A stretch of DNA of 64,000 bases, taken from NCBI RefSeq assembly GCF_001194135.2, contig NC_068991.1, forward strand, positions 54,224,809-54,288,808, given 5' to 3'. Numbering within the stretch: position 1 is the first letter of the stretch; each line of letters begins with the position of its first letter. The stretch is from Octopus bimaculoides. Taxonomy: Eukaryota. Shown here piece by piece: positions 36,746 to 49,132 of this stretch. The notes under the pieces are model-generated. The model saw only the letters and a list, made by a program, of their open reading frames with translations. It was not told the origin of the DNA and did no database searches. The position numbers and the translations under genes were made by a program.

Positions 36746-38699
36746 TGCCGAGCTTACATATTAATGCAGACATGTACGCATAATTTCTTCCATACTGTAA
36801 TTAATACTACATGAAAAAGGTCACGAAACGGCTGTAATCTTATGGGAATCATATGACTATTATGTATATTTACCTTACATATATGTATACGTACATATAT
36901 ACACACAGATATATACATACGCATAAGGATTAACAAAATCACAAAGAACACGCTAATCACAAGATTACGGTTATAAGCTGTTAATGCTGCTGTCAAAATA
37001 TGTTTACGAGCTTCAGTCAGTGCTGGTTTGCCATCATTTTGGAAAACGATTTTCAAAAGTTCTTCCACAAGAAACATTTTAGTCATTTTTCACTAATAAT
37101 TCGAAAGTTCAAAGAAAACAAAATTTAAAAACAAAACACGCACACAGATGTGTTGCNNNNNNNNNNNNNNNNNNNNNNNNNNNNNNNNNNNNNNNNNNNN
37201 NNNNNNNNNNNNNNNNNNNNNNNNNNNNNNNNNNNNNNNNNNNNNNNNNNNNNNNNNNNNNNNNNNNNNNNNNNNNNNNNNNNNNNNNNNNNNNNNNNNN
37301 NNNNNNNNNNNNNNNNNNNNNNNNNNNNNNNNNNNNNNNNNNNNNNNNNNNNNNNNNNNNNNNNNNNNNNNNNNNNNNNNNNNNNNNNNNNNNNNNNNNN
37401 NNNNNNNNNNNNNNNNNNNNNNNNNNNNNNNNNNNNNNNNNNNNNNNNNNNNNNNNNNNNNNNNNNNNNNNNNNNNNNNNNNNNNNNNNNNNNNNNNNNN
37501 NNNNNNNNNNNNNNNNNNNNNNNNNNNNNNNNNNNNNNNNNNNNNNNNNNNNNNNNNNNNNNNNNNNNNNNNNNNNNNNNNNNNNNNNNNNNNNNNNNNN
37601 NNNNNNNNNNNNNNNNNNNNNNNNNNNNNNNNNNNNNNNNNNNNNNNNNNNNNNNNNNNNNNNNNNNNNNNNNNNNNNNNNNNNNNNNNNNNNNNNNNNN
37701 NNNNNNNNNNNNNNNNNNNNNNNNNNNNNNNNNNNNNNNNNNNNNNNNNNNNNNNNNNNNNNNNNNNNNNNNNNNNNNNNNNNNGCATTATTCATCCACC
37801 TCGAGGGTCCCTTCGTAGCGTCGAGCCTTTCCATCCGGGCTATATCCGTAGGAACCCTACCCGTTTAACCTCTGACCAGAACCTAATGGCAATTCCTTCC
37901 ACTCCCGAGGCCATCACATTCGTCTCGAGTGACAGCCCCAAAGTAAAAGAGGCCAACGCTAATCATCCACCCGTTCAAATGACCCCTCTCTCTCCCTCCT
38001 CACTTTCTAGCAAAGTTCCTCGGCTGTTCACATGACGTTACTAACCCTATACCTCCGGCCCACCGCAGCCCCATAATCTGAGATGCCAGAACATTGTTGA
38101 CTTATAGCAAAGAAAAGTTGTTTCCTTGGTTCTTCTCTCAAACAAATTAACTCATTCAATTTTCAATGGTTTTGACAACTTTTCAATGTACCGAGATTAC
38201 TGTTTTTAATTTATTTTTGATTTAATAAGTAATTAGTAAATGGGCGTATATTACATGACTAATATACCTGGTGTACAAGCTACTCACACACCAACCCACC
38301 CACACATACATACACACACACATGTATAAGCGCGCGCGTGTCTGTGTTGTTTTGTTTTCCTTATCCATTGACCAACCAAAACCTTTAAATTTTACTGAGG
38401 CCTTAATTGTCGTAAACATGTGCTGCATATGAATTATGGAGTTACGTTCCTTTTCTTTCTCCAAGAATCCAAGCTTAGCCATACGCTGCTCCACACAAGT
38501 AAGCACATGTCTTGTCGCTCCAGTAATCAGAAATATAATGCTGAATGTGTTTTCAAACACTTCGCCAATAGTCCGTCCACGTTTTCTTTTTCCCGTGATA
38601 TTGACATTAAAGGGACAGCTGACTAGCACAGTGAAACATACTTTTATTGTGCGGAATCATAGTCAAACGCCTTCTTTTAATGTAGTCATGAAATCAGCA

Positions 38700-39400
38700 G
38701 ACTTTGGTAGTGATACTTCGCTTCCTTAAGGATAGTTTCGTTAATAAGGAGCAGTTCGGAACAGTTCATATGTCACCACAATGTGTATTTCACACTGATT
38801 CTGGAGGAAAACATTCAAGCAGTACATTCAAGTATTCTATGCGCTTGTAATTTTCGGCCACAAGCGTCTCTTCTCTTAGTTTTTATTTATGAGTGTCGTG
38901 CGTATAACTATCAGTTGGTCTGCCAGATCGAGTTCAGCGCTCATTGTTCTTTTGATTCGGTTAACGAGGGTTGTCAGATATACCCCGGATGATTTTTCTG
39001 TCCGGTAATTTTGCAACAACCATCGGAAGAGTTTCACTGATGATATATATTTTGGAAAAGACGTTTGCGTAACACTTACTCTGTCGCTCGTTTAACTGCA
39101 TTGCATCAACATTGTATTGTTTGTGTATATTCCAAACCTCACGAGAAAATGATCACGAATCATTCTGGTGACGGGATTTTAGAATTTCTGATCATATTTC
39201 ATCCATTACTTATGGATTTAATGTAAACTTGCGATTGATAGTTCTATGTTCTAGGAATTTCTGATGATTACGAAATTTCTCGCCACCGTTCGTTATTCAC
39301 GTTTAAGTGCAATTATCTTCGCTCCCATAGACCTAAGATATCGAATCGTAAAGTCGCTGCTGGTGGTTTCTGAATTTATTATTCATTTTGCATATAACAT
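38700..39400 (-). pseudogene. Decayed Tc1-like transposase relic
   Basis: Weak resemblance to the R..R.KP.LT..QK..RL..A region, with many stops. Confidence 0.35.
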
Positions 39401-40019
39401 TAGTGTCTAATTAGACAATATTTTCCCTCAATCTGTCACCTTTTTTTTAGAGAGGTCATCTATTTTGGTGGTGTTTTCTCGTTACAGTTAATTACAGTTA
39501 CTGCCATCTGCTGGCGAATAGTAATTGCTACACAGTACAGTAAGACATTCGATGTCTCCAGTCTGTGCTGGATGTTCTTTTACAATTTTAGTGATCACGG
39601 ATAACATCAAGTAGATAGGTTTCCTATCATAATCGTCCTTTTAGTTAGATGATATAAATAGTTGTTAGTTGATATAAATGGTGAAGTTTTGCTTCAATTT
39701 TGCTGTTAGCTGTAGATCCGAGATATATTTATTCTTCACTCTTTTCTGTTCATAAGCAGCTACCGCTTGCCTGTTTAATAACAGTAATCTTGTCTTAGTA
39801 TTGTTATTATTGTTGTCGCATCAGTCGGTTCACGTACTTCTCAGGAGAGAATCTACTGACAGTTTGTTCTGAAAAGCAAACTTTTTTATATTCATTAACA
39901 AAAGCAACTTGTATCTGTTTGGCACCAAAATCTGAATAGCTGGGGTATTTTACACCTCAGTACTTCATCTTTTTCAGGCAACCGATTGAGGGATCTTCCC
40001 TAGACTTACTTTGTAAAAT

Positions 40020-41458
40020 TTATACAGATCTTGACTGAATTCAAAAGTCCATGCCGTCCAACAACGTCGTTGGACGCTGGACGGTAAAGTTGCTTGGGGT
40101 TTGGTTCGGACCAGATTTCCAGATGGATAAGAATTGGGACGAGGTGACGAACAGAGTAGCCAGTCTCACCCAGAAATGGGCTGCGAGGAAGCTATCACTG
40201 AAAAGTCAGGTAGAGGTGGCAAATGCGTACATCGCGTCCATCATCTACTACCGCCTGACCATCGTACCTTGCTCCCGTTCGCGCCTCGCCAAGTTGGAGC
40301 GCCTCCCCTTCAAATTCTTGTAGAAGGGGCAGGTTTTGTTGATGAGGCAGTCCATCTGCTGCCAATACCCTCGACGTGGAGGGCTGGGCATGCCGCGGAG
40401 GCTGAGGCATCTCCAGATATTTTGCCTAAACGGTGAACAGGTGTGGTTGCCGTTTGTCAAACAAGCCTTTCCCCCAGCTCGTCTTCTTGACTGACCTACA
40501 GTCCTGGGTCAAGAAAAGACTCAGATAGGGGGACCGGCACCTGGAATGTTGCTAGGCACTCACTGCGCTCTACCAGGCGGGAAAATTGGTCAGTGGAACA
40601 CCCACCCTTGAGTTCTATAGAGAGTTAGTGGTGGAAAAGTGTGATGACGCACTCGGAGAGGCGCTGGGCGTCGACGAAGTCGAACTGACCAGCTTGTTCA
40701 GGAGAACTTTCGAGCCTGGGACGATGGATAACTTCCAGAAATCCCTCGCTTGGCAGTGCTACCGAGGGGCACTGTTGGTTCGAGATAAATTCTATAGGAA
40801 CAGAAGTGCTGTCAGACGAACCTGCCCAAGATGCGGTATCCATGCATTATTGACTTGTGGAGTTATATCGAACAGCTGTTGTCGCGTGTAGGACGGATCC
40901 AGCTATCCACTGAGTCTATAATGAAGATTGGCCCGCCGCCTTCCTTTGGCCAGGAAGAGAAGACAATTTTCCTGTCTGGTAGCAGTAGCGAAAGAGATTG
41001 TATGATAGACCAGTTTGAAAGGGCTGAAGACAGACACTTTTCTCTTCGACCAATCCCTCATCAGCTTTTTAAAATTTCTCTTGGAAAGGAAGATGAGGGT
41101 GGGGAGAGAGGTGATTCCTCCCAGTACATTTACTGAAAGGTGGGTGAATGTAGCGAAAATGGCACGTGTGAATGGACCTGCTCTATTAATGCGCCTGTAG
41201 GCTGGTGAATTTGAGAAAGGGAGGTGTACTCTTCCCGAGTACCCTCAAAGTGTCAGGTGGTTCAGGATTGGTGGGGTACCTGAGCTAACCCTGGGTGGTT
41301 ATCGCCCCTATTGGGGAAATCTCATTGTTATATCGATTTTGTTTAATCTTTATTGTTATTGTTTTCCTAATTGCCTACTTGTTGTTTTGTGTAAAACCAC
41401 CACTGTCCCCGTCTACTGTATTGTTCCCTATATGTCGGCCCTAGAGGCCGATAAATGA

Positions 41459-41460
<2 letters not shown>
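40020..41460 (+). mobile_element. 5'-truncated L1/Tx1-like LINE (RT C-terminus plus zf-RVT), pseudogenised, with (TAA)n tail
   Basis: VKLLGVWFG...KWAARKLSLKSQVEVANAYIASIIYYRL, GGLGMP, DNFQKSLAWQCYRGALLVRDK...CPRCG..HAL. Stops and frameshifts are present. Confidence 0.85.
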
Positions 41461-41514
<54 letters not shown>

Positions 41515-41519
41515 TAATA

Positions 41520-41551
<32 letters not shown>

Positions 41552-41562
41552 AATAATAATAA
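41458..41562 (+). repeat. (TAA)n(TGA)n(TAA)n compound microsatellite
   Basis: Direct reading. Confidence 0.95.
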
Positions 41563-43245
41563 TAAACAGAACTGGATGAGGATACAACTGTTACGGCAAA
41601 ACAATCAGCCACCTCTTATATGTGGATGACCTAAAACTGTACGCTATAAACGATAAACAGCTGGAAACATTGCTANNNNNNNNNNNNNNNNNNNNNNNNN
41701 NNNNNNNNNNNNNNNNNNNNNNNNNNNNNNNNNNNNNNNNNNNNNNNNNNNNNNNNNNNNNNNNNNNNNNNNNNNNNNNNNNNNNNNNNNNNGCCAGACA
41801 TACGAATACTTAGGAATCAATGAACTAGATACGATACAACACACACAAATGAAAGAGAAGATAAGAAAAGAATACTATAGACGAGTTAGATTAATACTGA
41901 AAAGAGAGCTCAATGTGAAAAACAAGATAAAGGTATCAACACTCTGGCCATCCCAGTTATAAGTTACAGCTACAATATTCTTAACTGGACTCTAAATGAA
42001 CTAATCAAAATAGACAGGAAAACAAGAAAAATAATGATAGGATTTAGGATGCGCCACCTAAAATCTGACATAAAAAGGTTATATATACAACGTATCAAAG
42101 GTGGAAGAGGCCTTATACAGCTAGAAAGCTATTACAAAATACTCACCATATGACTACAGAAATACCTACTTCAGAAGCAAGGAAAACTAATACAAATAGT
42201 CGCAAAACAGGAACAAAACAAAAAACTTTTCAGTATTTAAGGAAGCTGACAAATACAAACAAGAAGTCATACTATCTTACAGCTATGAAGAAAAAGAAGA
42301 AACAACAAAAACTGTAAAACAATTGAAATCCAAACTAAAACTAGAACAGCAACAGATCATGATAAAATGATAGCAAGAAAGCTTCTTCATGGCAAATATT
42401 GCATTAAACAAAACGCAAAAGAAATAGACAAAGCAAAATCCCAACAATGGCTGAGAAGCTTAGAACTCAAAGCAGAGACTGAAGGATTTTTAATTGCAGC
42501 ACAAGACCAAAGCCTCCCTATCAGAAGTTACCAGAAACATATAATGAAAAGAAACATAACAAGTAACTGCAGAATATGTGGAAATGGACAAGAAACAATA
42601 AACCATATTGTCTCTGGCTGCCCAGTCCTGGCTAAGAAGGAGTATATTCATAGACACGACAGAATTGGGACCTATATACACTGAAAGCTATGCTAACACT
42701 ATGGAATAACACCAGAAAAGGACACAGAAAATGAGAAAGCAACATTACTATGGAATTTGCCAATACATACGAATAGAGAAATTAAGGCCAATAGGCCGGA
42801 TATAGTTGTCAGAGATCATCAAGAAAAAAAAATGCTTTATAATTGATGTATCTATAGTAACAGATGACAACGTTTCTCTAAAAGAAATGGAGAAACATTC
42901 AAAATACAAAGACCTGGAAATAGAGGTTACTCGAATGTGGAGCCTATAAACAGGAACAATTTCTATCATAATAGGCGCAGCAGGTATGATAAAAAAATAT
43001 ATTCAGACAAGTACATAACAAAAACACCAAGACTAACAAATATATATAACATACAGAAAATTGCACTACCAGGCACCACATACATCTTAGGTAAAATACT
43101 TTCAATACAGTAACAATAACAGCATCGCAACAAACCACAGCACATACCCAAGGCACACAGAGCTGCGTTCGGTAGTGCAGTGAAAACACGTGATAAAAAT
43201 AAGACTATTGAACAACAACAACAACAACAACAATAATAATAATAA
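41563..43245 (+). mobile_element. 5'-truncated R4/Dong-like non-LTR retrotransposon (RT, CCHC finger, restriction-like endonuclease), pseudogenised
   Basis: ISHLLYVDDLKLYA (RT), GGRGL, AETEGFLIAAQDQSL, CRICGNGQETINHIVSGC (C-X2-C-X8-H-X4-C), ANRPDIVV...IIDVS...K..KYKDL (PD-(D/E)xK type). (CAA)n(TAA)n tail. Confidence 0.9.
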
Positions 43246-43586
43246 TTATACTGTAAAAGGAACTCTCATAACAATGGACCAGTGACATTTACCAGTACCA
43301 GCTGATCTAGGGCTATAGCTAAGATACTTTTGTGATATTTTGTAAAGTACTGCAACTTTGCTTTAAATATTACATGTTTTAATGCACTAAAATATGTACT
43401 GATGAAATAAGGTGCATCTAATATGCCTGTATATTTTTTATGCCATCAGATACTGTAAAAACGCTTAAGCTAATCTTGAAGCAAAACAAATAATAAAAAA
43501 TAAATGGAGACATACATGATCACAATACTTTTCTGTTTGATGATTTCAAATTTTTTATTGATTTTTCTTTTGCTTTTCTTTTACAG

Positions 43587-43764
43587 ATTTTGTCAAAAAC
43601 TTTGCGGAAACAAACCACGACAGCATGCTCGCACTACAGGATTCTAACATCAGGACTGGAAAAATTGTAGAAATATTAACAGTTGTAGGAAATCTCAGCA
43701 TTATACTACACAGATCATTTCGGTGTTGTGAAATAACTACAAATCCAATAGTAACTAGGACATG
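43587..43764 (+). other. Candidate 178-nt spliced exon of unknown product
   Basis: Strong acceptor tttttcttttgcttttcttttacag|A and donor ATG|GTGAGC. One frame is open throughout (FVKNFAETNHDSMLALQDSNIRTGKIVEILTVVGNLSIILHRSFRCCEITTNPIVTRT). Confidence 0.45.
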
Positions 43765-45036
43765 GTGAGCTCCAGTGAGTCGAATTCATAATATGGTTTT
43801 GCATCCTTGTTTCGCTATTTCACTTCACTAATATTGCTGAAACTCTTATTAAAGGCATCAATGCCATACAATTCCTTATTCTTTACCAATGAGTTTGTGG
43901 CCATTTCTTTAAATAAAAATGTTCATAGATTCCACCAAGATATAGCTAGACAATATACTGCCATTAACCTCTCAGAACATCACATAGACTTTATTTCAAA
44001 GAATAGTTAAAATCTCAAAGAATAGTTAAATTTCCTTAACAACTGACAAAAAATTGGTAAAAAAACATCACGTTGTTCTTGTTATGTTTTCTTTGAGCGC
44101 TCCCAAAACTAAATCCAAAGTACAATAATGAATTTTTTCCTTCGTAACAATATTTTAAAAATCATGACTCGCACCACTCAAGTTTAATAAAAATGGTTAC
44201 ATCACTTATAATAATGGTGTTTCGGCTTTCATTTTTATACTTCCATTATATGTCTGTTATATATCTATTATATGTCCATTATATGCTTATTCCATTCGCA
44301 ATTATATAAAGCTGTGTCTTGAACACAAGTGATGCACCTAAAAAAAGTTTTATTCATTCGGTTTTAATTTTTTAGATTTGTAATAAAAATCGTGGCTGCG
44401 TGGTTAAGAAGCTCTGTTTGCAATCACGTGGTTTCGGGTTCAGTTCCACATTAAAAAAGTGTCTACTAATATAGCATTGGGCCAACAAATGCCTTTGTGA
44501 GTGAATTTGTATGGAAGCTCGTCGCGTATATGTATATATATATTTATGATTTTTCTTTGAGTTTAATTTAAGTTCTTGAGAGAATCCAAGCTAGTTGCTA
44601 ACAAAGCAACAAAACTTTTTCAGTTAACAGAGTTCCCAGTCTTTGTAAATATGTGGTTGAGTTGGTGTGTTGGTTGAACTGTTGATGCATACACCCAAGT
44701 GTGTGCTTCTATACACATAAGAATCTCACATGGAAAATTTCTGGAATGTCTTACAAATCTTCACCGTGCTACTAATAGATTGGATTTGGAGAATCCGTAT
44801 CAGTTTTTTTTTGTTCTTTTTCCGTGAAATCAAGTGTTTCTTGGTTTTTGTGCAAATTTGTTGGTACATAACCTAATGCACCTATGATGATAAGTACAAA
44901 TGGGAATTCATAGTCCGCATTAATTTGCTATAAATATTCTCTTTTTCCTGGACTTTTGATTGTCCATTTACATCTGCTGTGCAGCTGACCTCTACAACAG
45001 TAAATGGCTTTTGTTCCCTGTTCTTTAAAACAATAT

Positions 45037-45312
45037 AAGGCGGCTTGCTGGCAGAAACGTTAGCACACCGGGCGAAATGCTTAGCAGTATTTCGTCTGTC
45101 TTTATGTTCTGAGTTCAAATTCTGCCAAGGTCTACTTTGCCTTTCATCATCTCGGGGTCGATAAATTAAGTACCAGTTGNNNNNNNNNNAGGTCTACTTT
45201 GCCTTTCATCATCTCGGGGTCGATAAATTAAGTACCAGTTGCGTACTGGGGTCGATCTAATCGACTTGCCCCCTCCCCCCAAATTTTGGGCCTTGTGCCT
45301 AGAGTAGAATAG
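45037..45312 (+). mobile_element. SINE family C (short internal gap with a duplicated overlap)
   Basis: Family C consensus. Confidence 0.85.
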
Positions 45313-45315
45313 AAT

Positions 45316-45490
45316 GAGGATTAAGTCGATTACATCGACCCAGTACGTAACTGGTACTTAATTTATCGACCTCAAAAGGATGAAAGGCAAAGTCGATCTC
45401 GGCGGAATTTGAATTCAGAACATGAAGACAGACGAAACGCCGCGGTGCATTTCACCCGGTGTGCTAACGATTCTGCCAGCTCGCCGCCTT
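45316..45490 (-). mobile_element. SINE family C, inverted relative to its neighbour
   Basis: Family C consensus. Confidence 0.85.
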
Positions 45491-45519
45491 AATAATAATG
45501 ATGATGATGATGACGATGA

Positions 45520-45710
45520 TGATGATGACAACGTTTCTCTAAAAGAAACGGAGAAACATTCAAAATAAAAAAATTTGGAAATAGAGATAACTCGAATGTA
45601 GAGCCTAAAAACAGAAACAATTCCTACTATAGTAGGCGCATTAGGTATAATAAAAAAAATATTCAGACAAATACATAATAAAAACTCCATGACTTATATA
45701 GCAACATATA
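45520..45710 (+). mobile_element. Second short R4/Dong-like endonuclease fragment
   Basis: DDNVSLKETEKHSK*KNLEIEITRM*SLKTETIPTIVGALGIIKKYSDKYI is homologous to 42860-43030. It follows a (TAA)(TGA)n array. Confidence 0.8.
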
Positions 45711-47144
45711 CAACATCATCAAAAACATCAACAAAAGCAACATCAACAGCAACGATAACATAATCAGGCTTCCATTCGAGGCAAGCCATAAAATAATATA
45801 GGCATTGGTACAACTGTATTGAAGTAAAAAGAAAATAAAAGAATGTCTGAAAGAATTGAAACATAGATAAGAAATGGAACTCAAACAATATTTCAGGGGA
45901 GAAAACTTGAGTTCAACTTATGTTACCTCCCTTGATGTTAACGGCCTGTCATTCATGTCACTATCTTAACCATTAATTTGTTTTTATAGGTGAAAAAAAT
46001 AATTAGAATGTTCAATGAGTACTAAATACTGGCCGTATATAATTAGTAATTATTTTACCAATAGGAAAAAATGAAGATTCGATTCGGTGTTGACAGAATT
46101 TGTAGACTGAAACTGAATAGGGAAAGGAATTTATTCTTAATTCCGGGTTTATGTTACTCTGATTGTAGTACACTGCTGGAAAAGGATTGAGCAATTCTCC
46201 GGTTTGCTGTTAAATAGTTTATTTAAATTTTTTTTTTTTTTATATAAGTTCACAAAAGGCATAGATTGCTATTATACAGTCATATACACTCAGATATACA
46301 AATTCACACATACATGCATGCACGCGCACATACCTACCTATATACGCACATATATAAAAACAATNNNNNNNNNNNNNNNNNNNNNNNNNNNNNNNNNNNN
46401 NNNNNNNNNNNNNNNNNNNNNNNNNNNNNNNNNNNNNNNNNNNNNNNNNNNNNNNNNNNNNNNNNNNNNNNNNNNNNNNNNNNNNNNNNNNNNNNNNNNN
46501 NNNNNNNNNNNNNNNNNNNNNNNNNNNNNNNNNNNNNNNNNNNNNNNNNNNNNNNNNNNNNNNNNNNNNNNNNNNNNNNNNNNNNNNNNNNNNNNNNNNN
46601 NNNNNNNNNNNNNNNNNNNNNNNNNNNNNNNNNNNNNNNNNNNNNNNNNNNNNNNNNNNNNNNNNNNNNNNNNNNNNNNNNNNNNNNNNNNNNNNNNNNN
46701 NNNNNNNNNNNNNNNNNNNNNNNNNNNNNNNNNNNNNNNNNNNNNNNNNNNNNNNNNNNNNNNNNNNNNNNNNNNNNNNNNNNNNNNNNNNNNNNNNNNN
46801 NNNNNNNNNNNNNNNNNNNNNNNNNNNNNNNNNNNNNNNNNNNNNNNNNNNNNNNNNNNNNNNNNNNNNNNNNNNNNNNNNNNNNNNNNNNNNNNNNNNN
46901 NNNNNNNNNNNNNNNNNNNNNNNNNNNNNNNNNNNNNNNNNNNNNNNNNNNNNNNNNNNNNNNNNNNNNNNNNNNNNNNNNNNNNNNNNNNNNNNNNNNN
47001 NNNNNNNNNNNNNNNNNNNNNNNNNNNNNNNNNNNNNNNNNNNNNNNNNNNNNNNNNNNNNNNNNNNNNNNNNNNNNNNNNNNNNNNNNNNNNNNNNNNN
47101 NNNNNNNNNNNNNNNNNNNNNNNNNNATATATATACATATATAT

Positions 47145-47425
47145 ACTTTTTCTTATATTTGTTTCAGTCATTCGATTGCGGCCATGCTGGAGCACCGCTT
47201 TTAGCCGAACAAATCGACCTCAGATACATACAGAAACACATAGATATACACGACAGGCATCTTTCAGTTTCCGTCTAACAAGTCCACTCACAAAGCTTTG
47301 GTCGACCTTGTAACTGGATTTGATAGGTATAATAAATATTTATAAGACACTAGCCTAAAGTGCCACTCAGTGGGAGTAAACCCAGAACCATGTCATTGGG
47401 AAGCAAGCTTCTTACCACACAGCTA
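47145..47425 (-). mobile_element. SINE family B (internally deleted)
   Basis: Family B head and tail. Confidence 0.7.
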
Positions 47426-48689
47426 TATATATATATATACACACACAGACATATACATGTGTGTGTGNNNNNNNNNNNNNNNNNNNNNNNNNNNNNNNNN
47501 NNNNNNNNNNNNNNNNNNNNNNNNNNNNNNNNNNNNNNNNNNNNNNNNNNNNNNNNNNNNNNNNNNNNNNNNNNNNNNNNNNNNNNNNNNNNNNNNNNNN
47601 NNNNNNNNNNNNNNNNNNNNNNNNNNNNNNNNNNNNNNNNNNNNNNNNNNNNNNNNNNNNNNNNNNNNNNNNNNNNNNNNNNNNNNNNNNNNNNNNNNNN
47701 NNNNNNNNNNNNNNNNNNNNNNNNNNNNNNNNNNNNNNNNNNNNNNNNNNNNNNNNNNNNNNNNNNNNNNNNNNNNNNNNNNATAATTGAGATTCAGATG
47801 AATTAAGTACTTAAGTTGAGGCACCAAAAATTAGTGCGGTAATATCCGTAGTTTCAAAATAAGGTGAACAATAATGAGTTATTTCCCTTTGCCATTGGCT
47901 ATTGACTTCTGGCTATGTCGCTATCTTGCGGGTTCTAAAACGTTAGCAGGAATTTCCTAAAATGTAAACATGGCCTAAAAATCTCCGTTCTGGAGTTAAG
48001 GATGTTCCCTGGTTCTAGCAAGTCTTTTAGGATTCTCGCAACGCTTCGTCCTGTCATTGTAGGGACCTAGGTTTTCGAGTATTGGACCCCACCCCCATCG
48101 TCTCTTAGTTGCCAGACGTAACTGACCAGCGATGTTACGTATCTCCTTTCCGGAACTCTGAAGAAGGACCTATGGCTGGAAAGAGGCTGCTTGAGAGAAT
48201 TCCCAGTACATCCAATGTATTTCCGTGGGCGCGTGTTGTCGGTGCTGCACCTGTTGCTGATGTTGTTGCTGCTGCTGCTGTTATCGCCTGTGGTATCGTT
48301 GCTGTTGGTCTGGGGATGCTGGTGTTGGCGTCGCTGGGTGAGGTGGTGGCGTCGGTAATGTTATCACCCCTTTGCGTGTGGCCAGTGCTGCACCTGCTGT
48401 CGCTGTTGTTGCCGTTGCTGCTGCTGCTGCTGCTGTCGCCGATATTGTTGTTGGAGTCGGGGCCGCTGGTGTTGGCGATGCAGGAGGTGGTGGTGGCGTC
48501 GGGGATCTATTTTAAAACGGGGGCGCCAGTATTTTCTTAACGGAACACTAACGAAACACTTTGAAACTTGAGACACTGGTAGAATGTGTTATATAAAACA
48601 CTTTTTACTCTTAGTCTTCTTAACAAAAAAAAGAAGGAATTCGCAAGTTATTNNNNNNNNNNATATATATATATACACACACAGACATA

Positions 48690-48726
<37 letters not shown>

Positions 48727-48764
48727 ACATTTGCATACACATATATATGTATAAATACGTATGT

Positions 48765-49132
48765 GGTTGTGTGGTATGGTACTTACTTCCCAACCACAAG
48801 TTCTGGGTTCAGTCCCACTAAACCCAGCACCTCGGACAACTGTCTTCTACTATAGCCCCGGGCCGACCAAAGCCCTGTGAGTGGATTTGGTCGACGGAAG
48901 CTGAAAGAAGCTTGTCGTATATATATGTATATGTGTGTGTGTGTGTTTGACAATCGGTATTGGTGTATTTATGTCCCCGTAACTTAGCGGTTCGGCGTAA
49001 ATTACGGAATAAATTCTAGGCTAAAAAAAATAAGTTCTGGAGTCGATTTGTTCGAGTAAAATCCCTTCAAGGCGGTACTTCTGCTTGACTACCGTCAAAT
49101 GACTGAAGCAAGTAAAAGAATAAAGATTAAAG
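48765..49132 (+). mobile_element. SINE family B nested in the TIR element
   Basis: Family B consensus. Confidence 0.8.

Noticed and set aside
45120-45240. Short tandem duplication inside a SINE around a ~10-N gap
   Set aside because: Typical unmerged contig overlap.
48109-48540. 143-aa hydrophobic + strand ORF that looks like a membrane protein
   Set aside because: Antisense reading of the low-complexity CAG/CAA-rich frame; it runs into the transposon TIR and starts at TTG.
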